The position numbers and the translations under genes are program-made. Under the pieces are notes generated by a model that was given only the letters and a program-made list of their open reading frames with translations, was not told where the DNA came from and did no database searches. This document shows, piece after piece, positions 36,878 through 44,542 of a stretch of DNA of 64,000 bases. Origin of the DNA: Vicingaceae bacterium (lineage in GTDB: Bacteria; Bacteroidota; Bacteroidia; Flavobacteriales_E; Vicingaceae); the NCBI GenBank assembly GCA_037969435.1, contig JBBKXK010000014.1, positions 3,526-67,525 of the forward strand. The letters run 5' to 3'. Each line of letters begins with the position of its first letter. The stretch's first letter is position 1.

Positions 36878-36913
36878 TTAACATTTTTTAACTTTTGTTA
36901 ACGGAGATTTAAC
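36878..36913. promoter_or_regulatory. Four helically phased TTAAC direct repeats upstream of the HK/RR operon
   Basis: TTAAC at 36878, 36888, 36898 and 36909 (spacing 10, 10, 11 bp), 42-77 nt upstream of the kinase ATG. Confidence 0.35.
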
Positions 36914-37017
36914 ATTATAACAAATGGATTACACGTACTTTTGATATGTATTTAAAGATATAAATATTACCACCCCAATCCCGATAACTATCGGGAACCT
37001 TCCTGTTTAGTTAGTGC

Positions 37018-37042
37018 AAAAAAGCCTCCGAAAGGGGGCTTT
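37018..37042 (-). terminator. Rho-independent terminator of comF
   Basis: The minus strand reads aaagccccc-tttc-ggaggcttt followed by tttgc. 9-bp GC-rich stem, tetraloop, U-tract. Begins 4 nt after the comF stop. Confidence 0.7.
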
Positions 37043-37046
37043 ACTT

Positions 37047-37718
37047 TTATGCGTAAGCCAATGTTACCACATAAATTTTACATCCTTTTTCAGACAAGAC
37101 TTGAGCACAAGCCTCAATAGTCGCTCCTGTCGTTAAAACATCATCAACTAATAAAATACTTTTATTATTAAAATTTCCATCTAAGACACCAAAAATATCT
37201 CCTACATTTTCCCAGCGTTTATACCTACTCTTTTTAGTTTGGGTTTTAGAATCCACTTTCCTATATAAAACATCTAATCTTAATGGTATATTCATTGATT
37301 CTGACAAACCTTTTGCAATCCATTCACTTTGATTGTAACCCCTTTTCTTTAATTTATTTTTATGCAGTGGTACAGGAACTATAAAGTCCAAATCTTTAAA
37401 AAAATCAGACTCTTTTAAATCAAAACCATAGAGTTTACCAACCACACTACCTATATCTTTTACTCCTTTATATTTTAAATGATGTAACAAGTTTTGTACT
37501 CTGCTTTCCTTGCTAAAAACATAAAATGAAGCCGCCATTTCTATTTGCACCCTTCCCCAAAAAACCTTATTAACAGGATTTTCTTTGTCTAAATGAAAAT
37601 TAGTTTTAGGAAGAGTAACAATACAGTTAGTACAAATTATATTTTCATGTTTTAGCAAAGTTAAATTGCAAGAACAACATAACCGAGGAAATAATAAATT
37701 AAAAAAATCGTTAATCAT
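37047..37718 (-). CDS. comF: ComF-family protein (phosphoribosyltransferase fold)
   Basis: N-terminal Cys pairs 'CCSC...CTNC' and the PRPP-binding loop 'ILLVDDVLTTGATI'. Confidence 0.8.
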   Translation of the reverse strand: MINDFFNLLFPRLCCSCNLTLLKHENIICTNCIVTLPKTNFHLDKENPVNKVFWGRVQIEMAASFYVFSKESRVQNLLHHLKYKGVKDIGSVVGKLYGFDLKESDFFKDLDFIVPVPLHKNKLKKRGYNQSEWIAKGLSESMNIPLRLDVLYRKVDSKTQTKKSRYKRWENVGDIFGVLDGNFNNKSILLVDDVLTTGATIEACAQVLSEKGCKIYVVTLAYA

Positions 37719-37789
37719 AAAACAGATTTATGCACAAGTATCTATGTATAACTTTAGTTTAAGAAACATTTAATGGCTACAAATTAATA

Positions 37790-37797
37790 TATTTTTG
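37790..37797 (+). promoter_or_regulatory. -7 box TAttTTTG
   Basis: Matches TAnnTTTG, 20 nt upstream of the ATG at 37817. Confidence 0.3.
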
Positions 37798-37816
37798 ATT
37801 TAAAATAAGTTTTCAG

Positions 37817-38740
37817 ATGGAAAAACAAGAAAATAACTCAATAACTGAACAAAAAGGATCAAAAACTAATAAGTTTTTGGTTGTTGTAACCATCCTTTTA
37901 TTAGGATTTTGTGGGTATTTGATTTGGCAAAATTTAGAATTGCAAAAACATTTGAATGATAAAGAAATTCAATATGTTGAGGTTTCTGGTGAAAGAGATC
38001 AAGTTAAAAGTGAATTAGAGAGTATGCTTGCACAGTACCAAGAAATGGAAACTAATAATCAGCAATTAAGTGAAGAATTAGCCGCAGAAAAAGCAAAAAT
38101 AGAGGATTTACTAAAAAAAGCGAAAGGAAAAGACTGGTCTATTTATAAACTTAGAAAAGAAACAGAAACGCTAAGAACAATTATGAAAGGTTATGTTGTT
38201 CAAATAGACTCCCTAAATCAAATAAATGGTAGGTTAACAGAAGAGAACAATGTAGTAAAAACAGAGCTGTCTTCAGAAAAAAATAAAACTAAAAACCTTA
38301 CCGAGAAAAATGAAAATTTATCAGACATGGTAACTGTAGCTTCTTATTTAAAAACAGTTGGACTAACTGCTTATGCGGTAAAAGTTAAAAGTGATAACAC
38401 TGGAAAAGAAACTGATAGAGCAAAAAAAACTGGAAAACTAAGAACTGATTTTACAATACAGAAAAACAGCATTACTATACCTGGCAATAAATGGATTTAT
38501 GTAAGAATATTAACTCCAGATGGTAGAGTTTTATCCGAAAAAACAGATGACAGCAACAAGTTTGACTTTAACGGAGTTAGGGGTTTATACTCTTCTAAAA
38601 AGCAAATCAACTATAAAAATCAAGAAGTTTCATTATCAATCGATTGGGTTAAAACCGATGAATTTCCTGTTGGGGAATATAATGTGGAAGTTTATGCCGA
38701 TGGTGTAGATATAGGAAAAACCAAATTTACGCTAAAATAA
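37817..38740 (+). CDS. Membrane-anchored coiled-coil protein with C-terminal beta-rich domain (hypothetical)
   Basis: TM 'FLVVVTILLLGFCGYLIW', then about 130 aa of heptad-like E/K/L/Q-rich sequence and a beta-rich C-terminus. Confidence 0.65.
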   Translation: MEKQENNSITEQKGSKTNKFLVVVTILLLGFCGYLIWQNLELQKHLNDKEIQYVEVSGERDQVKSELESMLAQYQEMETNNQQLSEELAAEKAKIEDLLKKAKGKDWSIYKLRKETETLRTIMKGYVVQIDSLNQINGRLTEENNVVKTELSSEKNKTKNLTEKNENLSDMVTVASYLKTVGLTAYAVKVKSDNTGKETDRAKKTGKLRTDFTIQKNSITIPGNKWIYVRILTPDGRVLSEKTDDSNKFDFNGVRGLYSSKKQINYKNQEVSLSIDWVKTDEFPVGEYNVEVYADGVDIGKTKFTLK

Positions 38741-38755
38741 ACTCCTTATTTTACT

Positions 38756-38763
38756 TAGTTTTG
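38756..38763 (+). promoter_or_regulatory. -7 box TAgtTTTG
   Basis: Matches TAnnTTTG, 28 nt upstream of the ATG at 38792. Confidence 0.3.
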
Positions 38764-38791
38764 CCGCTTATTTAAAAAAAGCAACTTAAAA

Positions 38792-39751
38792 ATGGTAAAA
38801 AAAATAGTCTTTATTACTATCCTATTCCTTTTTACAGGAAACGTTATAGCACAAACTACTGAAGCTGAAGATAAATTAAAAAAACAAGCTGCTGACTCTC
38901 TTGATGGATGGAAAACTGGAGGTGTTATTTCAATTAATTTAACCCAAGTTAGTTTAACAAATTGGGCTGCAGGTGGCAATAATTCTATTTCTGTAAATGG
39001 AATATTAAGTTTGTTTGCAAACCTTAAAAAAGGCAATTCCACTTGGGATAATTCTTTAGATTTATCTTATGGAATGCTACAACAGGGCAATGAATCTATG
39101 AGAAAAACTGATGACAAAATAGATTTTACATCTAAATATGGTCAAAAAGCTTTTAAAAATTGGTATTATGCTGGTTTAGTAAATTTTAAATCACAAATGA
39201 CTCCTGGGTATAACTATCCTAACGATTCAACAAAAATTTCAGATTTTATGGCTCCTGCATATACTTTAGTAGCAATTGGTATGGATTATAAGCCAAGTGA
39301 TGTTTTTACATTATTTATATCTCCCCTTACAATGAAAACAACCTTTGTAAACGATCAAACTTTGGCTGACGCTGGAGCCTATGGTGTTGACCCTGCTGAG
39401 TATGATGATTTTGGAATGTTACTTAAATCTGGAAAAAATATCCGATCTGAGTACGGGGGTTATTTAAGGGCACAATTTAAAAAAGACATAATGGAGAATA
39501 TTAATCTTCAATCTAAATTGGAATTATTTTCTAACTATGCAGAAAACCCAGATTATGTTGATGTTAACTGGGAGGTATTAATTGCAATGAAAGTAAATAA
39601 ATATATTTCTGCAACATTATCAACTCAATTAATTTATGACCACGACATTGACATTGGTGTAGACACTAATGGTGATGATGTTATTGACAAAGTAGGCCCA
39701 AGGACTCAGTTTAAGGAAGTCTTAGGTGTAGGATTAGCTTATAAGTTTTAA
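38792..39751 (+). CDS. DUF3078-like outer-membrane beta-barrel protein (recalled family)
   Basis: Signal peptide, 'WKTGGVISINLTQVSLTNWAAGGNNSISVNG', alternating beta pattern, terminal 'GVGLAYKF'. Confidence 0.7.
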   Translation: MVKKIVFITILFLFTGNVIAQTTEAEDKLKKQAADSLDGWKTGGVISINLTQVSLTNWAAGGNNSISVNGILSLFANLKKGNSTWDNSLDLSYGMLQQGNESMRKTDDKIDFTSKYGQKAFKNWYYAGLVNFKSQMTPGYNYPNDSTKISDFMAPAYTLVAIGMDYKPSDVFTLFISPLTMKTTFVNDQTLADAGAYGVDPAEYDDFGMLLKSGKNIRSEYGGYLRAQFKKDIMENINLQSKLELFSNYAENPDYVDVNWEVLIAMKVNKYISATLSTQLIYDHDIDIGVDTNGDDVIDKVGPRTQFKEVLGVGLAYKF

Positions 39752-39774
39752 CTTACAGTCCAAATAAAAATTAA

Positions 39775-39802
39775 CCCAAAGAAATTCTCTTTGGGTTTTT
39801 TG
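39775..39802 (+). terminator. Rho-independent terminator
   Basis: cccaaaga (39775-39782) / tctttggg (39788-39795), then tttttt. Confidence 0.7.
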
Positions 39803-39850
39803 TTTTATACATTTACACCTATAACGCAACCTATATAAAAGTAATGCAAG

Positions 39851-39876
39851 GCAACCAAAAATATAAACTAACGTCT
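39851..39876 (+). promoter_or_regulatory. ECF-type promoter GCAAC-N16-CGTCT (site 1, upstream of the ECF sigma gene)
   Basis: GCAAC at 39851-39855, 16-nt spacer, CGTCT at 39872-39876. ATG at 39889. Confidence 0.6.
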
Positions 39877-39888
39877 TTGAAATAAATA

Positions 39889-40461
39889 ATGGATTCTAAT
39901 GATCAGCATATTTTAGATGACATAGTTAAAAAATGTGTCAAAGGTGATCGTAAGGCTCAGCATGAACTGTATAAAAGATTTTACAGTAAAATGATGGGGG
40001 TGTGTTATAAGTATTCTAACAATGCTGAAGATGCACGAGATTTATTACAAGATGGATTTGTAAAAGTTTATAGTAACATACACAAATACAATTTTGAAGG
40101 TTCTTTAGAAGGTTGGATTAGAAGAATAATGGTAAATACTGCCATTGACCATTTTAGAAAAAACAAAAATGTTTATATGGTTAATGATGAAGATGACTAT
40201 ATTCTTGAAAACAGCAAGGTAGAAAGTGCTGACTCTATTTATAGCCAATTTGGTGAAAAAGTAATAATGGAAGCCATACAATCTTTAAGCCCTGCTTACA
40301 AAACTGTTTTTAACTTAAATGTTATTGAAGGTTATCAGCACAAAGAAATAGCTGAAAAATTAAACATAAGTGAAGGCACATCGAAATCAAACCTTGCTAA
40401 AGCAAAGCAAAATTTAAAAAAAATATTAGAAGAAAAAGAAGCACGATTAAGACATGAATAA
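39889..40461 (+). CDS. ECF-subfamily RNA polymerase sigma-70 factor
   Basis: Region 2 'ARDLLQDGFVKVY...EGWIRRIMVNTAIDHFRK'. Region 4 'YKTVFNLNVIEGYQHKEIAEKLNISEGTSKSNLAKAKQNLK'. Confidence 0.9.
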   Translation: MDSNDQHILDDIVKKCVKGDRKAQHELYKRFYSKMMGVCYKYSNNAEDARDLLQDGFVKVYSNIHKYNFEGSLEGWIRRIMVNTAIDHFRKNKNVYMVNDEDDYILENSKVESADSIYSQFGEKVIMEAIQSLSPAYKTVFNLNVIEGYQHKEIAEKLNISEGTSKSNLAKAKQNLKKILEEKEARLRHE

Positions 40462-41716
40462 TTTTGAAAAAATAATACGCGACAAAGTAGAACAATTTGA
40501 GGTTCCATACAATGATGCTCATTGGGCAGAAATGGAAGGAAAATTAAACTCAATTCGTACTGCAAAAATTAGAAAAAACATTTTAACTGCTGTTGGAATA
40601 ATAGCTGTTTTAGGTGTTTCTAGTTATTTACTAATTACTAATAATGGTGTTGAAACAACTAACAAAACTGTTGTTACTAATAACCTAAACAAATCTAGTG
40701 TTTCTGAGGTAAATAATATAGATGCTTCAACAAACGCTAATAATAACTTTAATAAAACAGTAAATACAACTGTTGAACAAAATAATTCTGAAAAAACGAA
40801 TACTCCTATTAATGAAACCGAAATTAATCTAAATAACGAAATAACTCCAAATATAATCCCTGAAAAATCAACCACTATTGAAAACAATGAAGTTAACAAA
40901 TCAACTGTTGAAATAAATGCTGATTTTATTGTTTACAACAATACTATTTGCTTGGGAGAAACTGTCAGTTTTGAGTCTTTAGAAAAAAATTCACCTGTAT
41001 CTTATACCTGGGATTTTGGAGATGGAGCAACATCAAACAAAGCAAACCCAAGGCATACCTACAACGATGATGGAATATATTCTGTAACACTTACATTAAA
41101 AAATAGACAATCAGGAAAAGAAGTAAAATCTAAACAATCGAATGTGGTAAATATCTTACCTGCTCCTAATGTTGATTTTTCATATGATGAATTATCTTTA
41201 AAACAAGATAACAACAAGTTAAAATATCCTTATACTTCTTTTGAGATTAAAGGAATTGATGCAAACTATTCTTATAGCTGGGAATTTGGTAATGGTAAAA
41301 ATGCTAAAACTAAAAACACTAAAACCATTTACGAAAAAGCAGGAAACTATAAAGTAGCATTAATTGCAAAAACTGAAAATGGATGTTCAAGTATCACAAC
41401 CAAAAATGTTGTTGTGAAAAATGGAATTGATTTATATGCCCCAACTGGATTTAAACCGAATACCGCAATAAGTACCGAATCTGAAACATTTATACCAATG
41501 GCATTACTAGGGTGGGAAGTTCAGTTTACTATGACAATAGTAGACAATTCTGGTAAAACTGTTTACAAAACATCTGACCGAAATGCTCCTTGGAATGGTA
41601 AAATAAACAATACTGGTCAATTGTTAAACGAAGGTGTTTATGTTTGGCAAGTAATTGTTTATGATGCTGAAGGAGATCAACATGCACATAGAGGAAATGT
41701 TACACTATTAAAATAA
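40454..41716 (+). CDS. Anti-sigma-like single-pass membrane protein with two PKD-like domains and a type-B T9SS CTD-like C-terminus
   Basis: Overlaps the sigma gene by 8 nt. About 44-aa cytoplasmic head, TM 'ILTAVGIIAVLGVSSYLLI', N/T-rich linker. PKD 'YTWDFGDGATSNKANPRHTYNDDGIYSVTLTLKN' and 'YSWEFGNGKNAKTK...GNYKVALIAKT'. C-terminus 'APWNGKINN...GVYVWQVIVYDAEG...GNVTLLK'. Confidence 0.8.
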   Translation: MNNFEKIIRDKVEQFEVPYNDAHWAEMEGKLNSIRTAKIRKNILTAVGIIAVLGVSSYLLITNNGVETTNKTVVTNNLNKSSVSEVNNIDASTNANNNFNKTVNTTVEQNNSEKTNTPINETEINLNNEITPNIIPEKSTTIENNEVNKSTVEINADFIVYNNTICLGETVSFESLEKNSPVSYTWDFGDGATSNKANPRHTYNDDGIYSVTLTLKNRQSGKEVKSKQSNVVNILPAPNVDFSYDELSLKQDNNKLKYPYTSFEIKGIDANYSYSWEFGNGKNAKTKNTKTIYEKAGNYKVALIAKTENGCSSITTKNVVVKNGIDLYAPTGFKPNTAISTESETFIPMALLGWEVQFTMTIVDNSGKTVYKTSDRNAPWNGKINNTGQLLNEGVYVWQVIVYDAEGDQHAHRGNVTLLK

Positions 41717-41741
41717 CTCAATAATATTATACAAACAACAG

Positions 41742-41767
41742 GCAACGATAAAATGATTATACCGTCT
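41742..41767 (+). promoter_or_regulatory. ECF-type promoter GCAAC-N16-CGTCT (site 2)
   Basis: GCAAC at 41742-41746, 16-nt spacer, CGTCT at 41763-41767. ATG at 41797. Confidence 0.6.
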
Positions 41768-41796
41768 AAGTTGTAAATTTATTTAAGAAACTCTTT

Positions 41797-44358
41797 ATGA
41801 AAAAATTAATTTTATTAGCTACAATAACTGTTTTAACAGTTTCATCAATATTTGCCCAAACTAATGTTTTGGTTATTGATTATAACAATAATTTTTCTAG
41901 TGACCAATCGAATAATCAAAGTCGTATTTACAATAGATTGTTAACTACACAAACTAGTGTTGTTAGAGTTAACGCAATACCTGCAACTATTAATCAAGCA
42001 ACCTATCAACAGGTTTGGATTTTTGGAAATATGGGAGTTCCTAGTCCTGCTACTTTAAACCCTATTATTGCTTACATGAACAATGGTGGTGCTGTTTATA
42101 TTCAATCAGAAGTAAGTTGTTGCAACAACCCTGCTGCTTTTGCCGATCAATTAATTGATGCAACAGTAACTGTTGGGGGTTCTATATCTCACAATATAAT
42201 GAAATCAGGAAATTATGAGTATAAACTATATTCTCCTTTACTATGCACACCATTTCTAAGTCATGGTGCTGCTGTTAGACCATTTGTAGGAGCAACACAA
42301 CAAAACATTCTTTATGAAGCCACTCCTACTTGTGGAAGCGCAATTACCACAGGAGATGTAGTAGGAGTAAAATTTAAAGCCTGTGATATGATTACTGGTG
42401 AAGGTGCTTTAGTAGTTAATGGTGATTTTAATATTTTCCCAGTAGGAGGAAGCTGTAGTAGTGTTGGTATTTTAGGAACCCCTAATAACTTTCAAGTAAT
42501 AGATATAATCGCTGACATGTTGCCAGCTATGGCATGTAGCCAATTAACAAATCCTGGTGGAGGCACACTAACTTTAACAGCTAATCCTCAATATTTTTGT
42601 GGATCAACTCAATTAGGATGGAATTATACTGGAAATCCAGGTTGTCCTATACTTGGATGTGATACAACTACACATTATAAATGGACTGTTGTATCAGGTG
42701 AACCTATGAATGTTCCTGTTAACTTTAGTTGTGATACCTGTCCTTATCCTATTGCATCTCCAAGTATTATTACTACTTACACTTTAGCTATCACTAAAGG
42801 AGATACAAACCTTAACTGCCCTAGAACATCAACCGTTATACCTATTACAGTGTATCCTGGTGCCCAAACTACAAATGCTGGTTTAGATACTACAATTTGT
42901 TTTGGTGATTTTGTTACTATTGGAGGTTCTCCAACAGCTACAGGATCCGGCCCTTTTACTTATAGTTGGACACCTATAACAGGATTAAACAATCCAACTT
43001 TAGCTAACCCTATTTGTACGCCTCCAGCTGTAGGTTCTATAACTTATATTGTACAAGCTAATGGTACTTGTACTGGTTATGACACTATAACTGTAAATGC
43101 AATAAGTTGTTGTGTAGTAACAATTACTGACACAACCAACATAAATGCAAAATGTTTTGGATCATGTGACGGATCAATAAGCCTTACAACAACAGGTGGT
43201 GCAACACAATTTAGTATTGATAATGGAATAACTTGGCAAGCAAGTAATACTTTTAATGGGTTATGTGCTGGTACTTATACAATATTAGCTTCCGATGGAA
43301 ATTGTTCTGATGCAGTAACTGTTACTATTTACGAACCTACACAAATAACCATACCTAATGTTGTTACTGATGCCAGTTGTTTTGGCGGTAGTGATGGACA
43401 AATAGTAGTCGCCCCTCAAGGTGGTACACCGGCTTACAACTACAGTTGGTCTGTACCAGGGCAAGGAAACTCTCCTACAGCTAATAATTTATCAGCAGGT
43501 ATAGTAACGGTAACTGTTACTGATGCAAATGGTTGTACTGAAGATTCTACTTTTACTATAAACGAGCCAGGCCCTGTTGCTTTTGGATCGTTTGACGCAG
43601 ATGTTTATTCTGGTTGCTCTCCTTTAGATGTTGAGTTTACTAATACTACAAACCCTACATTATACTCAAGTTTTTCTTTCAATCTAGGAAATGGAGTAAA
43701 CTCTTCTAGCACGCCAGTTACTACAACATATACTACTCCCGGAACTTATGATGTAACATTAACTGTTACAGATAATAATGGATGTATTGGTGTTCTAGTT
43801 CAGCCCGCATTTATTACTGTTTACCCTGATCCAATAGCTAATTTCACAACTTGGCCAAGTAGAGTTACAGTATTTGACCCTACAGTTAATTTTACGGATT
43901 TATCTCAATCTAATATTGTAACTTGGGATTGGGACTTCAATGGCCTAGGTAACAGTTCTATTCAAAATCCAAGCTTTAGATTTGCAGAAGATACTGCTAC
44001 ATATAATGTAGAGTTAATAGTTGAAGATAATAATGGATGTAAAGACACTATTACTAAGAGTGTTGAAATTAAAGGAGAGTATGCTGTATATGTTCCTAAT
44101 GCCTTTACTCCTGACCAAGATGGGTTAAATGAAGGCTTTCATCCAGATGGTTTCGGTATTTCTGAATTTGGTTATTCGTTTACAATATTTGATAGATGGG
44201 GTGAAGTAATCTTTAAATCAAATAAAAGATTCGATCCATGGAATGGAACATACAAAGGAAAATTAGTAGAGAATGGTGTTTATATCTGGTCTCTTAACTT
44301 TAAAGACTTAGATGGTTTAGACCATAAAAAAGTAGGTCATCTTACCATTATTAAGTAA
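41797..44358 (+). CDS. Large T9SS type-B cargo (853 aa): N-terminal alpha/beta-like domain, Cys-rich module, SprB repeats, PKD domains, type-B CTD
   Basis: Signal peptide. SprB-repeat patterns 'CFGSCDGSISLTTTGGA' and 'CFGGSDGQIVVAPQGGTPAYNYSW'. PKD 'YDVTLTVTDNNGC' and 'WDWDFNG...YNVELIVEDNNGC'. CTD 'FTPDQDGLNE...IFDRWGEVIF...PWNGTYKG...GVYIW...GHLTIIK'. Confidence 0.9.
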   Translation: MKKLILLATITVLTVSSIFAQTNVLVIDYNNNFSSDQSNNQSRIYNRLLTTQTSVVRVNAIPATINQATYQQVWIFGNMGVPSPATLNPIIAYMNNGGAVYIQSEVSCCNNPAAFADQLIDATVTVGGSISHNIMKSGNYEYKLYSPLLCTPFLSHGAAVRPFVGATQQNILYEATPTCGSAITTGDVVGVKFKACDMITGEGALVVNGDFNIFPVGGSCSSVGILGTPNNFQVIDIIADMLPAMACSQLTNPGGGTLTLTANPQYFCGSTQLGWNYTGNPGCPILGCDTTTHYKWTVVSGEPMNVPVNFSCDTCPYPIASPSIITTYTLAITKGDTNLNCPRTSTVIPITVYPGAQTTNAGLDTTICFGDFVTIGGSPTATGSGPFTYSWTPITGLNNPTLANPICTPPAVGSITYIVQANGTCTGYDTITVNAISCCVVTITDTTNINAKCFGSCDGSISLTTTGGATQFSIDNGITWQASNTFNGLCAGTYTILASDGNCSDAVTVTIYEPTQITIPNVVTDASCFGGSDGQIVVAPQGGTPAYNYSWSVPGQGNSPTANNLSAGIVTVTVTDANGCTEDSTFTINEPGPVAFGSFDADVYSGCSPLDVEFTNTTNPTLYSSFSFNLGNGVNSSSTPVTTTYTTPGTYDVTLTVTDNNGCIGVLVQPAFITVYPDPIANFTTWPSRVTVFDPTVNFTDLSQSNIVTWDWDFNGLGNSSIQNPSFRFAEDTATYNVELIVEDNNGCKDTITKSVEIKGEYAVYVPNAFTPDQDGLNEGFHPDGFGISEFGYSFTIFDRWGEVIFKSNKRFDPWNGTYKGKLVENGVYIWSLNFKDLDGLDHKKVGHLTIIK

Positions 44359-44375
44359 TCCTTTTTTTTAATGCA

Positions 44376-44417
44376 AAAATCCTTCTTATCTATTTGATAC
44401 AGAGGGATTTTTGTTTT
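44376..44417 (+). terminator. Hairpin + T-run after the 853-aa cargo gene
   Basis: aaaatccttc (44376-44385) / gagggatttt (44402-44411), one G-U pair, 16-nt loop, then ttgtttt. Confidence 0.5.
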
Positions 44418-44437
44418 AAAAAATATTAATTTTTAAT

Positions 44438-44463
44438 GCAACCATTAAAATAGAAATGCGTCT
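44438..44463 (+). promoter_or_regulatory. ECF-type promoter GCAAC-N16-CGTCT (site 3)
   Basis: GCAAC at 44438-44442, 16-nt spacer, CGTCT at 44459-44463. ATG at 44543. Confidence 0.6.
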
Positions 44464-44542
44464 TTCATACAAAGAAATAAACTAACTAATTATTTCTTAT
44501 TTACTATCTTTAAAATCTAAATTATTAACTTAAAAAATTATT

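Noticed and set aside
36979-36996. Short palindrome tcccgata-ac-tatcggga in the comF/kinase intergenic region
   Set aside because: 8-bp stem with only a 2-nt loop, no U-tract, a single occurrence in the window and no evident link to either gene. That is insufficient to call an RNA or an operator.
38755-40899. Minus-strand ORFs 38755-39042, 40335-40565 and 40624-40899
   Set aside because: They are antisense to well-supported plus-strand genes (DUF3078-like, ECF sigma, anti-sigma-like) and have low-complexity hydrophobic translations.
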